NCBI GenBank assembly: GCA_963966775.1 | Contig: CAXAAH010000003.1 | Span: 1,793 to 65,792, forward strand | Length of the DNA stretch: 64,000 nucleotides | Origin: an uncultured Alphaproteobacteria bacterium | Lineage (GTDB): Bacteria > Pseudomonadota > Alphaproteobacteria > Puniceispirillales > Puniceispirillaceae | Direction: 5' to 3' | Part shown: piece by piece, positions 1-9,626 of the stretch | Position numbering within the stretch: the first letter of the stretch is position 1 | Layout: the number at the start of each line of letters is the position of its first letter | Position numbers and translations under genes: made by a program | The notes under the pieces: generated by a model | Database searches by the model: none | Seen by the model: the letters and a program-made list of their open reading frames with translations, nothing else | Told to the model about the DNA's origin: nothing

Positions 1-57
1 GGCCTATCTGCGGCGATTGCCGCCGCGCTTGCCAAGGAACAAAAAAAAGGTCTGTAG
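1..57 (+). CDS. 3' end of an upstream CDS cut by the window edge (possibly ruvC, by ruvC-ruvA-ruvB synteny)
   Basis: Frame 1 reads ...GLSAAIAAALAKEQKKGL and stops at TAG 55-57, 6 bp before ruvA. It is too short to identify, and other frames are not excluded. Confidence 0.3.
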   Translation, partial: GLSAAIAAALAKEQKKGL

Positions 58-63
58 AGTGTT

Positions 64-732
64 ATGATTGCCCATCTTTCTGGAACATTAGCGCAAAAAA
101 CAATGACCCATGCGGTGATTGATGTAGGCGGCGTTGGCTATCTGGTCACCGCGACCTCGCGCTCATTAGATGCGATAGGCGATGTTGGCGGCTCTGTTAA
201 ATTGCTGACAGAGATGATTGTGCGCGAAGATTCCATGACCTTATTCGGCTTTAGTGCCGCGCATGAAAAAGACACATTCCTGCTTTTGCAGACCGTCCAA
301 GGTGTCGGCGCAAAGGCGGCGATTGCTATTTTATCCGCGCTTTCGCCTGCTGAGGTGGAAGAAGCGATTATGGCAGGCGATAAGGCGATGATCACAAGGG
401 CTGATGGCATTGGCCCGAAAATCGCCACCAGAATTGTCAATGAATTGGCCGAAAAATTGGGCAAGCTACGTTCTTTATCTGTGGCGCCTGTTGGGGCCGG
501 GGCAGGGATAGGCGCAGGGGCAGGTGCAGGTGCGGCAAGTGGCGGCAATGATGAGGCTATGGCAGGTCAAGCGGCGATGAATGATGCGCTGTCTGCCTTG
601 GTAAATCTCGGCTATGCCAGAGCAGAGGCATGGGCGGTTTTGCGTGATTTGGTGGCAAGCGATGCGGGCGCAAATAGCGCTTCGCTTATCGGTGCCGCGC
701 TAAAAGAGCTTGGCAATAAGGAGCGTCGCTAG
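64..732 (+). CDS. ruvA: Holliday junction branch migration complex subunit RuvA
   Basis: 222-aa ORF. The N-terminus MIAHLSGTL...VIDVGGVGY, an HhH region (GVGAKAAIAILS, GIGPKIATRIV) and a flexible Gly/Ala linker fit RuvA. ruvB follows immediately. Confidence 0.95.
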   Translation: MIAHLSGTLAQKTMTHAVIDVGGVGYLVTATSRSLDAIGDVGGSVKLLTEMIVREDSMTLFGFSAAHEKDTFLLLQTVQGVGAKAAIAILSALSPAEVEEAIMAGDKAMITRADGIGPKIATRIVNELAEKLGKLRSLSVAPVGAGAGIGAGAGAGAASGGNDEAMAGQAAMNDALSALVNLGYARAEAWAVLRDLVASDAGANSASLIGAALKELGNKERR

Positions 733-1800
733 ATGAGTGATGATAGCCGCTTATCCTCTGGGCACGAGATAGAGCCAGCAGAAGGTCATGATCATGCTTT
801 GCGCCCGAAAAAGCTGGATGATTTTATTGGCCAAGGGATTGGCCGCCAGAATCTTGAGATGTTTATCAAAGCCGCTAGAGGGCGCACAGAGGCAATGGAT
901 CATACCCTGCTTCATGGCCCGCCCGGCTTGGGTAAAACGACGATGGCACAAATTGTCTCTGGCGAGCTTGGCGTCGGCTTTCGTGCAACCTCTGGGCCTG
1001 TGATCGCGCGTGCCGGTGATTTGGCCAGCTTGCTGACGAATTTGGCGCCCAATGATGTGCTGTTTATTGACGAGATTCATCGCCTTAATCCTGCGGTTGA
1101 AGAAGTGCTTTATCCAGCGATGGAAGATTTCCAGCTTGATTTGATGATTGGCGAAGGGCCGTCTGCGCGCTCAGTGCGCATTGATTTGCCGCCTTTCACG
1201 CTGGTCGGCGCGACCACAAGAGCGGGTCTTTTGACAACGCCTTTGCGTGATCGCTTTGGTATCCAGATGCGGATGCAATTCTATACGCCAGAAGAATTAT
1301 CGGTGATTTTGCAAGCCCAAGCGGTGAAGCTGAATTTGGCGATGGCAGAAGATGGCGCGCTTGAAATTGCGCGGCGCGCAAGAGGCACACCGCGTATTGC
1401 CGGCCGGCTGTTGCGGCGCGTGCGTGATATTGCCTCTGTCGAAGGGGCAGGGATGATTACCGCCGCGGTCGCAGATAAGGCGTTGCTCCGCTTGGATGTG
1501 GATGCGAGCGGCCTTGATCAGATGGATAGGCGCTATCTCTCTGCGCTTGTCGATAATTATGGCGGGGGCCCTGTGGGGGTCGAGACGCTGGCGGCGGTTT
1601 TGGCAGAACAACGTGATATGCTTGAAGAGGTGATAGAGCCCTATTTGATGCAGACAGGCCTGTTGATGCGCACCCCGCGAGGCAGGTGCTTATCGCGGAT
1701 GGGCTGGGATTATTTGGGCCTGACACCACCGCCAACGGCCTCTGTTCAGCTTGATTTGCTCTCGCATGATGATGGCGATCACGTTGATGAGGAAGCCTAG
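733..1800 (+). CDS. ruvB: Holliday junction DNA helicase RuvB
   Basis: AAA+ motifs GPPGLGKTT and FIDEIHRL. The ATG abuts the ruvA stop. Confidence 0.97.
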   Translation: MSDDSRLSSGHEIEPAEGHDHALRPKKLDDFIGQGIGRQNLEMFIKAARGRTEAMDHTLLHGPPGLGKTTMAQIVSGELGVGFRATSGPVIARAGDLASLLTNLAPNDVLFIDEIHRLNPAVEEVLYPAMEDFQLDLMIGEGPSARSVRIDLPPFTLVGATTRAGLLTTPLRDRFGIQMRMQFYTPEELSVILQAQAVKLNLAMAEDGALEIARRARGTPRIAGRLLRRVRDIASVEGAGMITAAVADKALLRLDVDASGLDQMDRRYLSALVDNYGGGPVGVETLAAVLAEQRDMLEEVIEPYLMQTGLLMRTPRGRCLSRMGWDYLGLTPPPTASVQLDLLSHDDGDHVDEEA

Positions 1801-1802
1801 TG

Positions 1803-2300
1803 ATGGCGCAGATGGCTGATTTATTTGGCGGGCTTGTCCCTGATAATGCGCGCGCGGTGCTTGATGGCTGGATGGATGGGGCGGTGCATCATTATCCGTT
1901 GCTGGTGCAGTTTGAAGACACTGATGCGGGCGGTATCGTCTATCATGCAAATTATCTGAGCTTTGCTGAGCGCGGCCGGTCTGGCTGGTTGCGGCTAATC
2001 GGTGTCTCGCAAGGTGATAATCTCTATGATAAGAAAAGGGGCTTTGTTGTGCGCCGTGCATCGCTTGAATATCTGCGCCCTGCGAAATTGGGTGATGAGG
2101 TGATTATCGAGACGCGCCTGAAAGACTTAGGCAAAGCGCGGCTGATTGCACAGCAGACAATTAAAGCTGCTATCGCTGATGAAAAAGATAAAAACGGTCA
2201 TATTTTTGCCAATGTTGAGGTAGAGATTGTGATGGTAAATGAAAAAGGTCGCCCGGTAAGGTTTGATGCCGATCTGATCGCTGCGATGACAAATGAATAA
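1803..2300 (+). CDS. ybgC: Tol-Pal-associated acyl-CoA thioesterase (YbgC/hotdog fold)
   Basis: Motif DTDAGGIVYHANYLSFAERGR, and the position between ruvB and tolQ. An ATG lies at 1803; the ORF track starts at GTG 1800. Confidence 0.8.
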   Translation: MAQMADLFGGLVPDNARAVLDGWMDGAVHHYPLLVQFEDTDAGGIVYHANYLSFAERGRSGWLRLIGVSQGDNLYDKKRGFVVRRASLEYLRPAKLGDEVIIETRLKDLGKARLIAQQTIKAAIADEKDKNGHIFANVEVEIVMVNEKGRPVRFDADLIAAMTNE

Positions 2301-2373
2301 GATAATAGCCTAACAGGTTGTTTTGGCGCGTTGCTAGAGAGCGCAAAAACATGAGTGAAATAGGGGATATAAG

Positions 2374-3099
2374 ATGGCTGAGATTGATTTGACAGTAACC
2401 CAAACAGCGCATGATTTAACCATTATGGGTCTGTTCTGGGCAGCCGATCCGTTGGTCAAATTTGTGATGTTACTATTGGTCGGTGCCTCGATTTGGTGCT
2501 GGGCTATCATCTTTGAAAAAGTCATCGGATTGCGCCGCGAAGCACGCCGCACACAGCGCTTTGAAGATGAGTTTTGGTCTGGGGGATCGCTGGATAATCT
2601 CTATGATACCACAGGCGCAAACCCTGATAATGCGCAAGCGCGTGTGTTTGTTGCCGCGATGCGTGAATGGCGCAGAGCCTCTGCTAAGGGCCTGACTGCG
2701 ACAGGGCGCGCAGACTTAAAAGCCTCGCTTGTTGACCGTATTGACCGTTCGATGAATTTCACCATCACAAGAGAGATGGATAAGATGGAGACAGGCATGA
2801 ATTTCCTTGCCTCTATCGGGTCTGTCTCGCCGTTTGTGGGGCTGTTTGGCACGGTTTGGGGGATTATGAATGCCTTCCAATCTATCGCTGAGTCAAAGAA
2901 TACGTCCTTGGCGGTTGTTGCCCCTGGTATTGCGGAGGCGTTGTTTGCGACCGCGCTTGGTCTTGCGGCGGCGATTCCGGCGGTGGCGGCCTATAATAAA
3001 TTTTCAGGCGATCTGCAAAGACGCGCCGCGCAATTAGAGACATTCTCATCAGAATTTTCAACCTTGCTCGCCCGTCAGCTAGATGAGGGAGGCCAGTAA
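2374..3099 (+). CDS. tolQ: Tol-Pal system protein TolQ (MotA/TolQ/ExbB channel family)
   Basis: 241 aa with three hydrophobic segments and the conserved C-terminal half (GLFGTVWGIMNAF, VVAPGIAEALFATALGL). tolR follows. Confidence 0.93.
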   Translation: MAEIDLTVTQTAHDLTIMGLFWAADPLVKFVMLLLVGASIWCWAIIFEKVIGLRREARRTQRFEDEFWSGGSLDNLYDTTGANPDNAQARVFVAAMREWRRASAKGLTATGRADLKASLVDRIDRSMNFTITREMDKMETGMNFLASIGSVSPFVGLFGTVWGIMNAFQSIAESKNTSLAVVAPGIAEALFATALGLAAAIPAVAAYNKFSGDLQRRAAQLETFSSEFSTLLARQLDEGGQ

Positions 3100-3100
3100 A

Positions 3101-3538
3101 ATGGGGGCCTCGTTAAACCGCCCAACTGGCAGAGGCGGGCGTTCACGCCATCGCCCAATGGGTGAAATCAATGTCACGCCCTTTGTTGATGTGATGCTGG
3201 TGCTTTTGATTGTCTTTATGGTAACTGCCCCGTTATTGACGGTTGGTATTCCGGTTGATTTGCCGAAGACAAAGGCAGGTCAAATCTCTGCCAATGCCGC
3301 GCCTTTGGTGGTCTCTATTCAGGCAGATGGCCAGATTTATTTGCAAGAAAATGTGATTGAGGCAGAGACGCTTATCCCGCGTCTATCAGCTGTCTCTGAG
3401 GCTAATCCTGATGTGCGTATTTTTGTGCGCGGTGACCGCTCTGTCTCTTATGGCGAGGTGGTTGAATTGATGGGACGCATTCAAAGCGCCGGGTTTGAAC
3501 GTGTCGCCCTTGTGGCGCAATTGCCTGAAGAAGGATAG
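3101..3538 (+). CDS. tolR: Tol-Pal system protein TolR (ExbD/TolR family)
   Basis: Motif INVTPFVDVMLVLLIVFM. ATG 3101 lies 1 nt after the tolQ stop, with a GAGGGAGG SD upstream. The ORF track start at 3083 overlaps tolQ. Confidence 0.9.
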   Translation: MGASLNRPTGRGGRSRHRPMGEINVTPFVDVMLVLLIVFMVTAPLLTVGIPVDLPKTKAGQISANAAPLVVSIQADGQIYLQENVIEAETLIPRLSAVSEANPDVRIFVRGDRSVSYGEVVELMGRIQSAGFERVALVAQLPEEG

Positions 3539-3546
3539 GCGATTTT

Positions 3547-4557
3547 ATGAATCGTTTCGCGCTGATATCAGTTGGATTTCACGCTCTGGTTGTCACTGTG
3601 ATGACAGTCAGCTGGCCGTCTTTTGACTCAAAAGAATTGAGCGAAGAACAGCTTGTGATCATTGATATGGTTGATATTGCCGAGGTGACAAACATCGCCG
3701 CCGCCTCTGAAGGGGCGCCGCAAGATGAGGTCGACCAAGATAAAGCGCGCCCGAAACCACCACCACCACCACCACCGCCGCCGCCGCCAGCACCTGTGCC
3801 AGAGCCAGTGGTTGAAGAGCCGCAGGCTGAACCAGAGCCGGCGCCAAAACCAGTGGATGCGACAGCTGAAATTCTGCCGACAAAAAAAGCGCCAGAGGTG
3901 GCAAAGCCAATCGCGCGCCCAAAACCGCGGCCAACACCGCCTAAGAAACCGAAACCAGCGCCAAAAGCTGAGCCGAAGCCTAAGCCTAAGCCTAAGCCGA
4001 AACCGAAACCTAAGCCTGATTTGAGCCGGGTGAATGAGCTTGCCCAGCAATCACAGCAAGATAAAAAGCGCGAAGAGGCGGCCAATGGTGTTTTGCAAAA
4101 TCTAGCGAAGATTCAAAAAACCAAAGAGGCAGAAAAAAAGCAGGCGCAAAAAGTTAAAAAACAAGACGCGCAACAAAAAGTTGCCACAAATGTGTCTAAT
4201 GTTATCTCTGGGGTGCAACAAAAGACAGATGCCAAGCCAAGCATTGAGCCGATTGGTATCTCAGAGCTTGACCGTGTGCGCATGCATATTGCCAGTAAGT
4301 GGAATCCGCCACCTGCGGCGGCCGGGGCTGATAAGTTGAAGGTTGATATCTATGTGCGCCTTGAGCCTGATGGCTCTGTCACAGAGGCAAGCATTGTGGA
4401 TACCAAACGCTATGATGCGAATAAGACCTATCGTGCGGCGGCCAATGCGGCTTTGCGCGCGGTGCTAGATGCCTCGCCCTTGCCATTGCCGCGTGAAAAA
4501 TACGACCAGTGGCGCGAATTTATATTTGGATTTGATCCACGCTTTATCTCTCGTTGA
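3547..4557 (+). CDS. tolA: Tol-Pal system protein TolA (N-terminal anchor, Pro/Lys-rich spacer, C-terminal TolA domain)
   Basis: N-terminal TM segment (FALISVGFHALVVTVMTV), a P11 run, (KP)n repeats and a K/E/Q-rich helix. Position between tolR and tolB. Confidence 0.8.
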   Translation: MNRFALISVGFHALVVTVMTVSWPSFDSKELSEEQLVIIDMVDIAEVTNIAAASEGAPQDEVDQDKARPKPPPPPPPPPPPAPVPEPVVEEPQAEPEPAPKPVDATAEILPTKKAPEVAKPIARPKPRPTPPKKPKPAPKAEPKPKPKPKPKPKPKPDLSRVNELAQQSQQDKKREEAANGVLQNLAKIQKTKEAEKKQAQKVKKQDAQQKVATNVSNVISGVQQKTDAKPSIEPIGISELDRVRMHIASKWNPPPAAAGADKLKVDIYVRLEPDGSVTEASIVDTKRYDANKTYRAAANAALRAVLDASPLPLPREKYDQWREFIFGFDPRFISR

Positions 4558-4640
4558 TGGGGCGTCATAGTGACAAAGTAAGAAAATGCCCTAATTATGA
4601 GGGGCATGATAAGAACCGGTAGCAAAAAAGGAACGCAGTT

Positions 4641-6002
4641 GTGATAGGGCACAGAATGATACGACATAGTCTGATTATGATGATGGCTTGGATGGGGTTA
4701 GCTCTATCTATGTTGCTATCTGTATTCTTGCCGGCGCATGCGCAAACATTGCGCCTTGATATCACAAGCGGGCAAGTTGCCCCGATACCAATTGCGATTG
4801 CCGATTTTACTGGGCCTGATGGTGTGCCAACAAATGTGGGTCGACAAATTGCCCAGATTATCTCTGATGATCTAATCAGCTCTGGCCAGTTTAAGTCTGT
4901 TGATAGCGCGGCCTTTATCACGCCGCCTGATTCGCCTGATATCCGCCCTGACTTCAATGATTGGGTGCCGCTTGGTGTACAAGGTTTGCTGGTCGGCTCT
5001 GCCTATATTGATGATGGCGGTGCGTTGCAGATTGAATTTGTCCTATGGGATGTGGTGGCACAGCGCGATATTACCTCAGGCGAAGGGTCTACAGATGAAA
5101 ATGGCCTGCGCCGCCTGTCGCACCAAATTGCTGATTTCGTTTATGAGGAATTCACCGGCGATAGCGCTTATTTCGACACGCAAATTGTCTATGTCTCTGA
5201 ATCAGGCCCCGCTGACAGGCGCATTAAGCGCCTCGCCATTATGGATCAAGATGGTCATAATCATCGCTTTTTGACCTCTGGCAATGATTTGGTGCTAACG
5301 CCTCGTTTCTCGCCGCAAGCGCATGAAATTGCCTATGTGAATTATTTTAATGACGAGCCGAATGTCTATTTGCTTGATGTCGCCTTGGGGCGCACAGAAC
5401 GTGTAGGCTCGTTCCCCGGCATGACATTTGCGCCGCGCTTTAGCCCTGATGGTGATGCGTTGATTATGTCTTTGGCAGAAGATGGCGCGACTGATATTTT
5501 TGCGCTCGATCTTAAGACACAACAGCTCTCGCAATTAACGCGCTCACCGTCGATTGATACCTCACCATCCTACAGCCCTGATGGCAGTCAAATCGTCTTT
5601 AATTCAGACCGTGGCGGCTCGCAACAGCTCTATGTGATGAGTGAAAATGGCAGAGGCGTGCAACGTATCAGCTATGGCGAGGGGCGGTATGCGACGCCTG
5701 TTTGGTCGCCGCGTGGTGATATTATTGCCTTTACCAAAATTGTCCGCGGGGAATTCTTTATCGGTGTCATGAATAAGGATGGCTCAGGGGAACGCTTGCT
5801 TGCACGCGGCTATTTGGTGGAGGGGCCGACATGGGCACCAAACGGGCGTGTGTTGATGTATTTCAAGCAAGAACCGCGTGAGGCAGATGGCTCAGGCGGT
5901 GAGGTGGCATTGTACCGTGTTGATATTACTGGCTTTAATGAGAGCCGTATCATCACACCCGCTGATGCAAGTGACCCTGCTTGGTCACCCTTATTGCGTT
6001 AA
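4641..6002 (+). CDS. tolB: Tol-Pal system beta-propeller protein TolB
   Basis: Signal peptide, then repeated propeller motifs ([35 protein letters not shown]). The start is uncertain (GTG 4641 or ATG 4656). Confidence 0.95.
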   Translation: MIGHRMIRHSLIMMMAWMGLALSMLLSVFLPAHAQTLRLDITSGQVAPIPIAIADFTGPDGVPTNVGRQIAQIISDDLISSGQFKSVDSAAFITPPDSPDIRPDFNDWVPLGVQGLLVGSAYIDDGGALQIEFVLWDVVAQRDITSGEGSTDENGLRRLSHQIADFVYEEFTGDSAYFDTQIVYVSESGPADRRIKRLAIMDQDGHNHRFLTSGNDLVLTPRFSPQAHEIAYVNYFNDEPNVYLLDVALGRTERVGSFPGMTFAPRFSPDGDALIMSLAEDGATDIFALDLKTQQLSQLTRSPSIDTSPSYSPDGSQIVFNSDRGGSQQLYVMSENGRGVQRISYGEGRYATPVWSPRGDIIAFTKIVRGEFFIGVMNKDGSGERLLARGYLVEGPTWAPNGRVLMYFKQEPREADGSGGEVALYRVDITGFNESRIITPADASDPAWSPLLR

Positions 6003-6234
6003 TCTGGCCCAAAGAGGGAAGTCGTCAGATTCTTGGCTTTCCGAATACTAGAAAAGCTTGCGATGATGCCGGTTAAATGTTAATGACAATCAGTTTATCG
6101 ATTTTTTCATTAGGTGGTAAAAGCCTTGTGACGCAGGAAAAGCTACGATTTCGTAGGTTTATTGTATAAAATTTGAATGGAAATGCACACTTGTTCAGGC
6201 CAATAAGGTTTGTTCATCTTCTTAGGAGCTTATA

Positions 6235-6789
6235 ATGATCAAACCATTATTTACGCTATTCGCCGCTACATTTTTGCTAGCTGCTTGTGAGACAGCCTCA
6301 TCAATTACTGAAGAAGCCGCTGGCTCTGCCGCTGGTTCAACAACTGAATCATCAACATCATCAACAGCTTCATCATCATCAGCTGCCTCTTCTACTGCTT
6401 CATCAGCCGCATCAAACGCTGATAATTCAGCATTGGAAGCTGCCCGCGCTGATATGATGTCAATCGGCGATACCGTTCTGTTCGGTTACGATTCATCACA
6501 GCTATCAGCTGACGCGATGGCAACATTGGATGCACAAGCGGCATTGTTGAACGCAAAGCCGTCATTCCGCGTGAAGGTCGAAGGACACGCTGATGAGCGC
6601 GGCACAAGAGAATATAACTTGGCACTAGGCGAGCGTCGTGCTTCTGCGACACGCGACTATTTGGTTGCTAAGGGCGTCGATGGCTCACGCATCCGCATCG
6701 TATCATACGGTAAAGAGCGTCCAGCTGTTGTTGGTTCAAACGAAGACGCATGGGCGAAAAATCGTCGTTCTGTGACAGTTCTGAACTAA
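6235..6789 (+). CDS. pal: Peptidoglycan-associated lipoprotein Pal (OmpA-like C-terminal domain)
   Basis: Lipobox LLAAC, a Ser/Thr/Ala-rich linker, and the OmpA-like motif GHADERGTREYNLALGERRA. Confidence 0.93.
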   Translation: MIKPLFTLFAATFLLAACETASSITEEAAGSAAGSTTESSTSSTASSSSAASSTASSAASNADNSALEAARADMMSIGDTVLFGYDSSQLSADAMATLDAQAALLNAKPSFRVKVEGHADERGTREYNLALGERRASATRDYLVAKGVDGSRIRIVSYGKERPAVVGSNEDAWAKNRRSVTVLN

Positions 6790-6818
6790 GTGCTCGTCAT
6801 TTAAATTGACTATCAAAA

Positions 6819-6847
6819 GGCCTTGCTTGATGCAGGGCCTTTTTTTT
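6819..6847 (+). terminator. Rho-independent terminator after pal
   Basis: GGCCTTGC-ttgat-GCAGGGCC forms an 8-bp stem with one G-U pair, followed by T8 (6840-6847). Confidence 0.7.
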
Positions 6848-6930
6848 GCCCTATTATGGGTATAGATCTGGCTCTTTGCTTGTTATAATAAGGGCAAGTG
6901 ATGCTTCTGTTGGTTTTTTAGGATGATGCA

Positions 6931-8211
6931 ATGATGCGTGTTTTGATGACAAAAATGGCCCAGCCGCAAAGAACAAAGTCTGTTTGGCTGATGATTGGTT
7001 TGGTTGCGAGCGCGCTTATGATGCCTGCCGCCCCGGCTTTGGCACAATCAACTGAGTCCAATTCAGCGCTGATGGCGCGCCAGCAAATGCGCCTGAACAC
7101 CATCGAAGATAATCTGAAGACTGTGCGCGGCACGCTGGAAACAGAGTTTCGTGCGATTCGCTTGCGCGTTGAAGAGCTGGTTGAAAATGCCGCAGAAGAT
7201 AATCGCGCGCAATCAGCCGCCATCAAAGGCCTCAAAGCGCAGATGAGTGAGCTTGGTGATACGCTTGATATTTTCAATCAGCGCCTGCGCCGATCGATTG
7301 AATTATCATCAGATGTTGAGTTTCGTGTCTTGCGCCTTGAAAAGCGTATGCAGACCTTATTGTCACTTGGCAGTGATGATTTAACAAACGCCATATTGCA
7401 AGATGATCTAACCGCCGGCGGCACAGCCCCTGCGGTCTCTATGAGCCGTGATAATGATACGGGCGGCGCGACATGGACGGTTGAAAAAGACCCGTCACTA
7501 ACGGCCGAGCTTGCAAAATCACAGACAGACAATCAAAGCGTGGCCCTAGATGGTTCAGCAGATGAGTTAGCGGCTGATCTGGCAAATGATAATGCCTCAG
7601 AAGATGGCGATAATGCGACGCAAATTGCGGCAAATACAGATGCGACAGCCGCTAGCACGGCCCTAGATAATGGCACGCAAGATGCGGTTACGCAAGAATC
7701 GGGTGTTCAGGAAGCTGGCATAAATACAGATGAAGCGGCGCGCGAAGAGGTGGCCGCTATTGAAGAGGCCGCACCTGAAGAGGTCATCGAAGAAGCGGTT
7801 GTTGTTAGCGTCTTGCCAGAGGGCACAGCTGAAGAGCAATATCGCTTTGCCTTTGGCCGCATGTTGCAAAATGACCTAGAGACAGCCGAGGCAGGTTTCA
7901 TAGAATTCCGCGCGGCGCACGCTGAGAATGAACGGTCAGCCGATGCGCTTTATTGGCTTGGCCGGGTGCAATTCATCCAAGGTGATTTTGGCCAGTCAGC
8001 GATGTCTTTCACCGAGTTTAATTCAGAATTTCCAAATGATTCGCGCCTGCCAGAAGCGATTTTGATGATCGCCGAATCTGTGTTGAATTTCGCCACCCCA
8101 GAACAAGCTTGTCAGATTTTTGTCGATTTGCCGCAAATGCTTGACCAGCCAAGTGCGTCTTTTGTGAAACGCCTTGGTGAGTTGAAGGTAGCCGCCTCTT
8201 GTGAGGGCTAG
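6931..8211 (+). CDS. cpoB: Cell division coordinator CpoB/YbgF (coiled coil plus C-terminal TPR)
   Basis: Signal peptide, an N-terminal coiled-coil region and a C-terminal TPR-like block (YWLGRVQFIQGDFGQS). Position after pal. A long acidic Asp/Glu/Ala/Thr linker makes it about 426 aa. Confidence 0.8.
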   Translation: MMRVLMTKMAQPQRTKSVWLMIGLVASALMMPAAPALAQSTESNSALMARQQMRLNTIEDNLKTVRGTLETEFRAIRLRVEELVENAAEDNRAQSAAIKGLKAQMSELGDTLDIFNQRLRRSIELSSDVEFRVLRLEKRMQTLLSLGSDDLTNAILQDDLTAGGTAPAVSMSRDNDTGGATWTVEKDPSLTAELAKSQTDNQSVALDGSADELAADLANDNASEDGDNATQIAANTDATAASTALDNGTQDAVTQESGVQEAGINTDEAAREEVAAIEEAAPEEVIEEAVVVSVLPEGTAEEQYRFAFGRMLQNDLETAEAGFIEFRAAHAENERSADALYWLGRVQFIQGDFGQSAMSFTEFNSEFPNDSRLPEAILMIAESVLNFATPEQACQIFVDLPQMLDQPSASFVKRLGELKVAASCEG

Positions 8212-9523
8212 CGCACAGACCATAATTGACGATGCTATTGAGGCGCTTATCGGGCGCTTTGTGGGCTTGCCAGATACCAAAAACTGGCTAGTGGCCCTGT
8301 CTGGCGGAGCTGATTCAACGGCTCTGCTTCATATTTTGATGGCCGCTAGCAAGCGCTATGATGCACAGCTTTGTGCGCTTATCGTCAATCATAATTTGCG
8401 CCCCGAAGCCGCAGAAGAAGCAGAAGATGTCGCACGCCTTGCCCGCTCTTATGGCATTGAGGCAAAGATTCTGCGTGTGACCGCCCCCCCGCCAATGGCC
8501 GCCCGCCAAGAATGGGCACGCCAGCAAAGATACCAGCTCCTATGTTCTTATGCGCGCCGTCATGGCGGCATCTTATGGCTTGCCCATCATCTAGATGATC
8601 AGTGCGAGACAATTGCTATGCGCCTTGCCCATGATAGCGGCTTGCAAGGGCTAGCGGCGATGAAGGCGCATTCTTATCTCGAATTTGTGCCGATTTTGCG
8701 CCCGCTCCTTGAGGTGCCTAAGGCAGATTTGGTCGCTTATTGTGAGGCGCATAATCTGTCTTTTGTGCAAGATCCCTCTAATGAGAATGCCCAGTTTGAG
8801 CGGGTGAGATGGCGGCGCTTGCTTGTACAAGATAGAGCGCTTGGGGGAAATCTTGCCAAGCTTGGCAGGCTGTCAAAGGCGATGAATGAGGGGCTAGAGC
8901 GTGCGCTTGCGGCATTTTGGCGCAAATATGTGCGGAAAGATTTATCAGGTCATGCGCTGCTATGTGATGCGGCGGCGTTTGCTGACCTGCCAGAACAGGG
9001 CAAAATCATCGTGATGCGCAAGATGCTGCGGCGTGTGGGGGCTGGTGGTTATCCTGCGTCAATCGCCAGTGTAAAGCGCTTATTACAGCCTATCGCAGAT
9101 GGCAGAGATGCAACCCTAGCCGCCTGTCATATTCGATGTGAGGCGCCGGAAATAGCCATTTTACCAGAGGCAGGGCGCGACCATGAGCCGCTTTATCTGG
9201 GGGCAGGGGCTGAGAGGCTTTATCGTGGCCGCTTGCTTGTGCGTACGCCAAAAGAGCTGGCAGATGGGCAGGTGATTTTGCGCCCGATGCATCAGAGCCT
9301 GTTGGCCATGCTTGCCCCGGATGACCCTTACCGTGTCTTTCTTGGCTGTCTGCGTCCTGAGATAAGAATGATATTTCCTTTTGTGCATACCCTTGACGAT
9401 AGGCCTATCACTCCCCACATTACCAACATGGTGCAAAAGGGCTATTTTAGTCAGTTGGATTGGCCAACTGCGCAAGTTGCCATCTACTCGTCTAGTGGGA
9501 TAGCAAGGGATGCTGTCGGATAG
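8201..9523 (+). CDS. tilS: tRNA(Ile)-lysidine synthase TilS
   Basis: PP-loop motif ALSGGADSTAL. The GTG start overlaps the cpoB end by 11 bp. Confidence 0.9.
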   Translation: MRASAQTIIDDAIEALIGRFVGLPDTKNWLVALSGGADSTALLHILMAASKRYDAQLCALIVNHNLRPEAAEEAEDVARLARSYGIEAKILRVTAPPPMAARQEWARQQRYQLLCSYARRHGGILWLAHHLDDQCETIAMRLAHDSGLQGLAAMKAHSYLEFVPILRPLLEVPKADLVAYCEAHNLSFVQDPSNENAQFERVRWRRLLVQDRALGGNLAKLGRLSKAMNEGLERALAAFWRKYVRKDLSGHALLCDAAAFADLPEQGKIIVMRKMLRRVGAGGYPASIASVKRLLQPIADGRDATLAACHIRCEAPEIAILPEAGRDHEPLYLGAGAERLYRGRLLVRTPKELADGQVILRPMHQSLLAMLAPDDPYRVFLGCLRPEIRMIFPFVHTLDDRPITPHITNMVQKGYFSQLDWPTAQVAIYSSSGIARDAVG

Positions 9524-9626
9524 GCGAAAATGGGTGGAAGCTTACTTTTGTATCAGGTAAATTAAGACTCTTACGAATTTACAACGTATCAAGAGTCATA
9601 ACAATTAGAGGAAAAGGGTTCCCTTC

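Noticed and set aside
3751-4020. The poly-Pro and (AAG CCT)n tracts in tolA, and the Ser/Thr/Ala tract in pal (6330-6420), as standalone repeat elements
   Set aside because: They are in-frame linker-coding low-complexity regions typical of TolA and Pal, not independent repeat features.
3579-4085. Several 90-170-aa ORFs on both strands inside tolA (3579-4085, 3628-4050, 3659-3937, 3725-4024)
   Set aside because: They are shadows of the Pro/Lys low-complexity DNA. Their translations are homopolymeric (poly-G, poly-W/R, poly-H/R) and all overlap the well-supported tolA frame.
6003-6234. 232-bp tolB-pal spacer as a possible hidden gene or RNA
   Set aside because: There is no ORF above a few codons. 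It holds only a weak 5-bp hairpin and AT-rich promoter-like sequence (TATAAA). It is most simply an internal pal promoter region.
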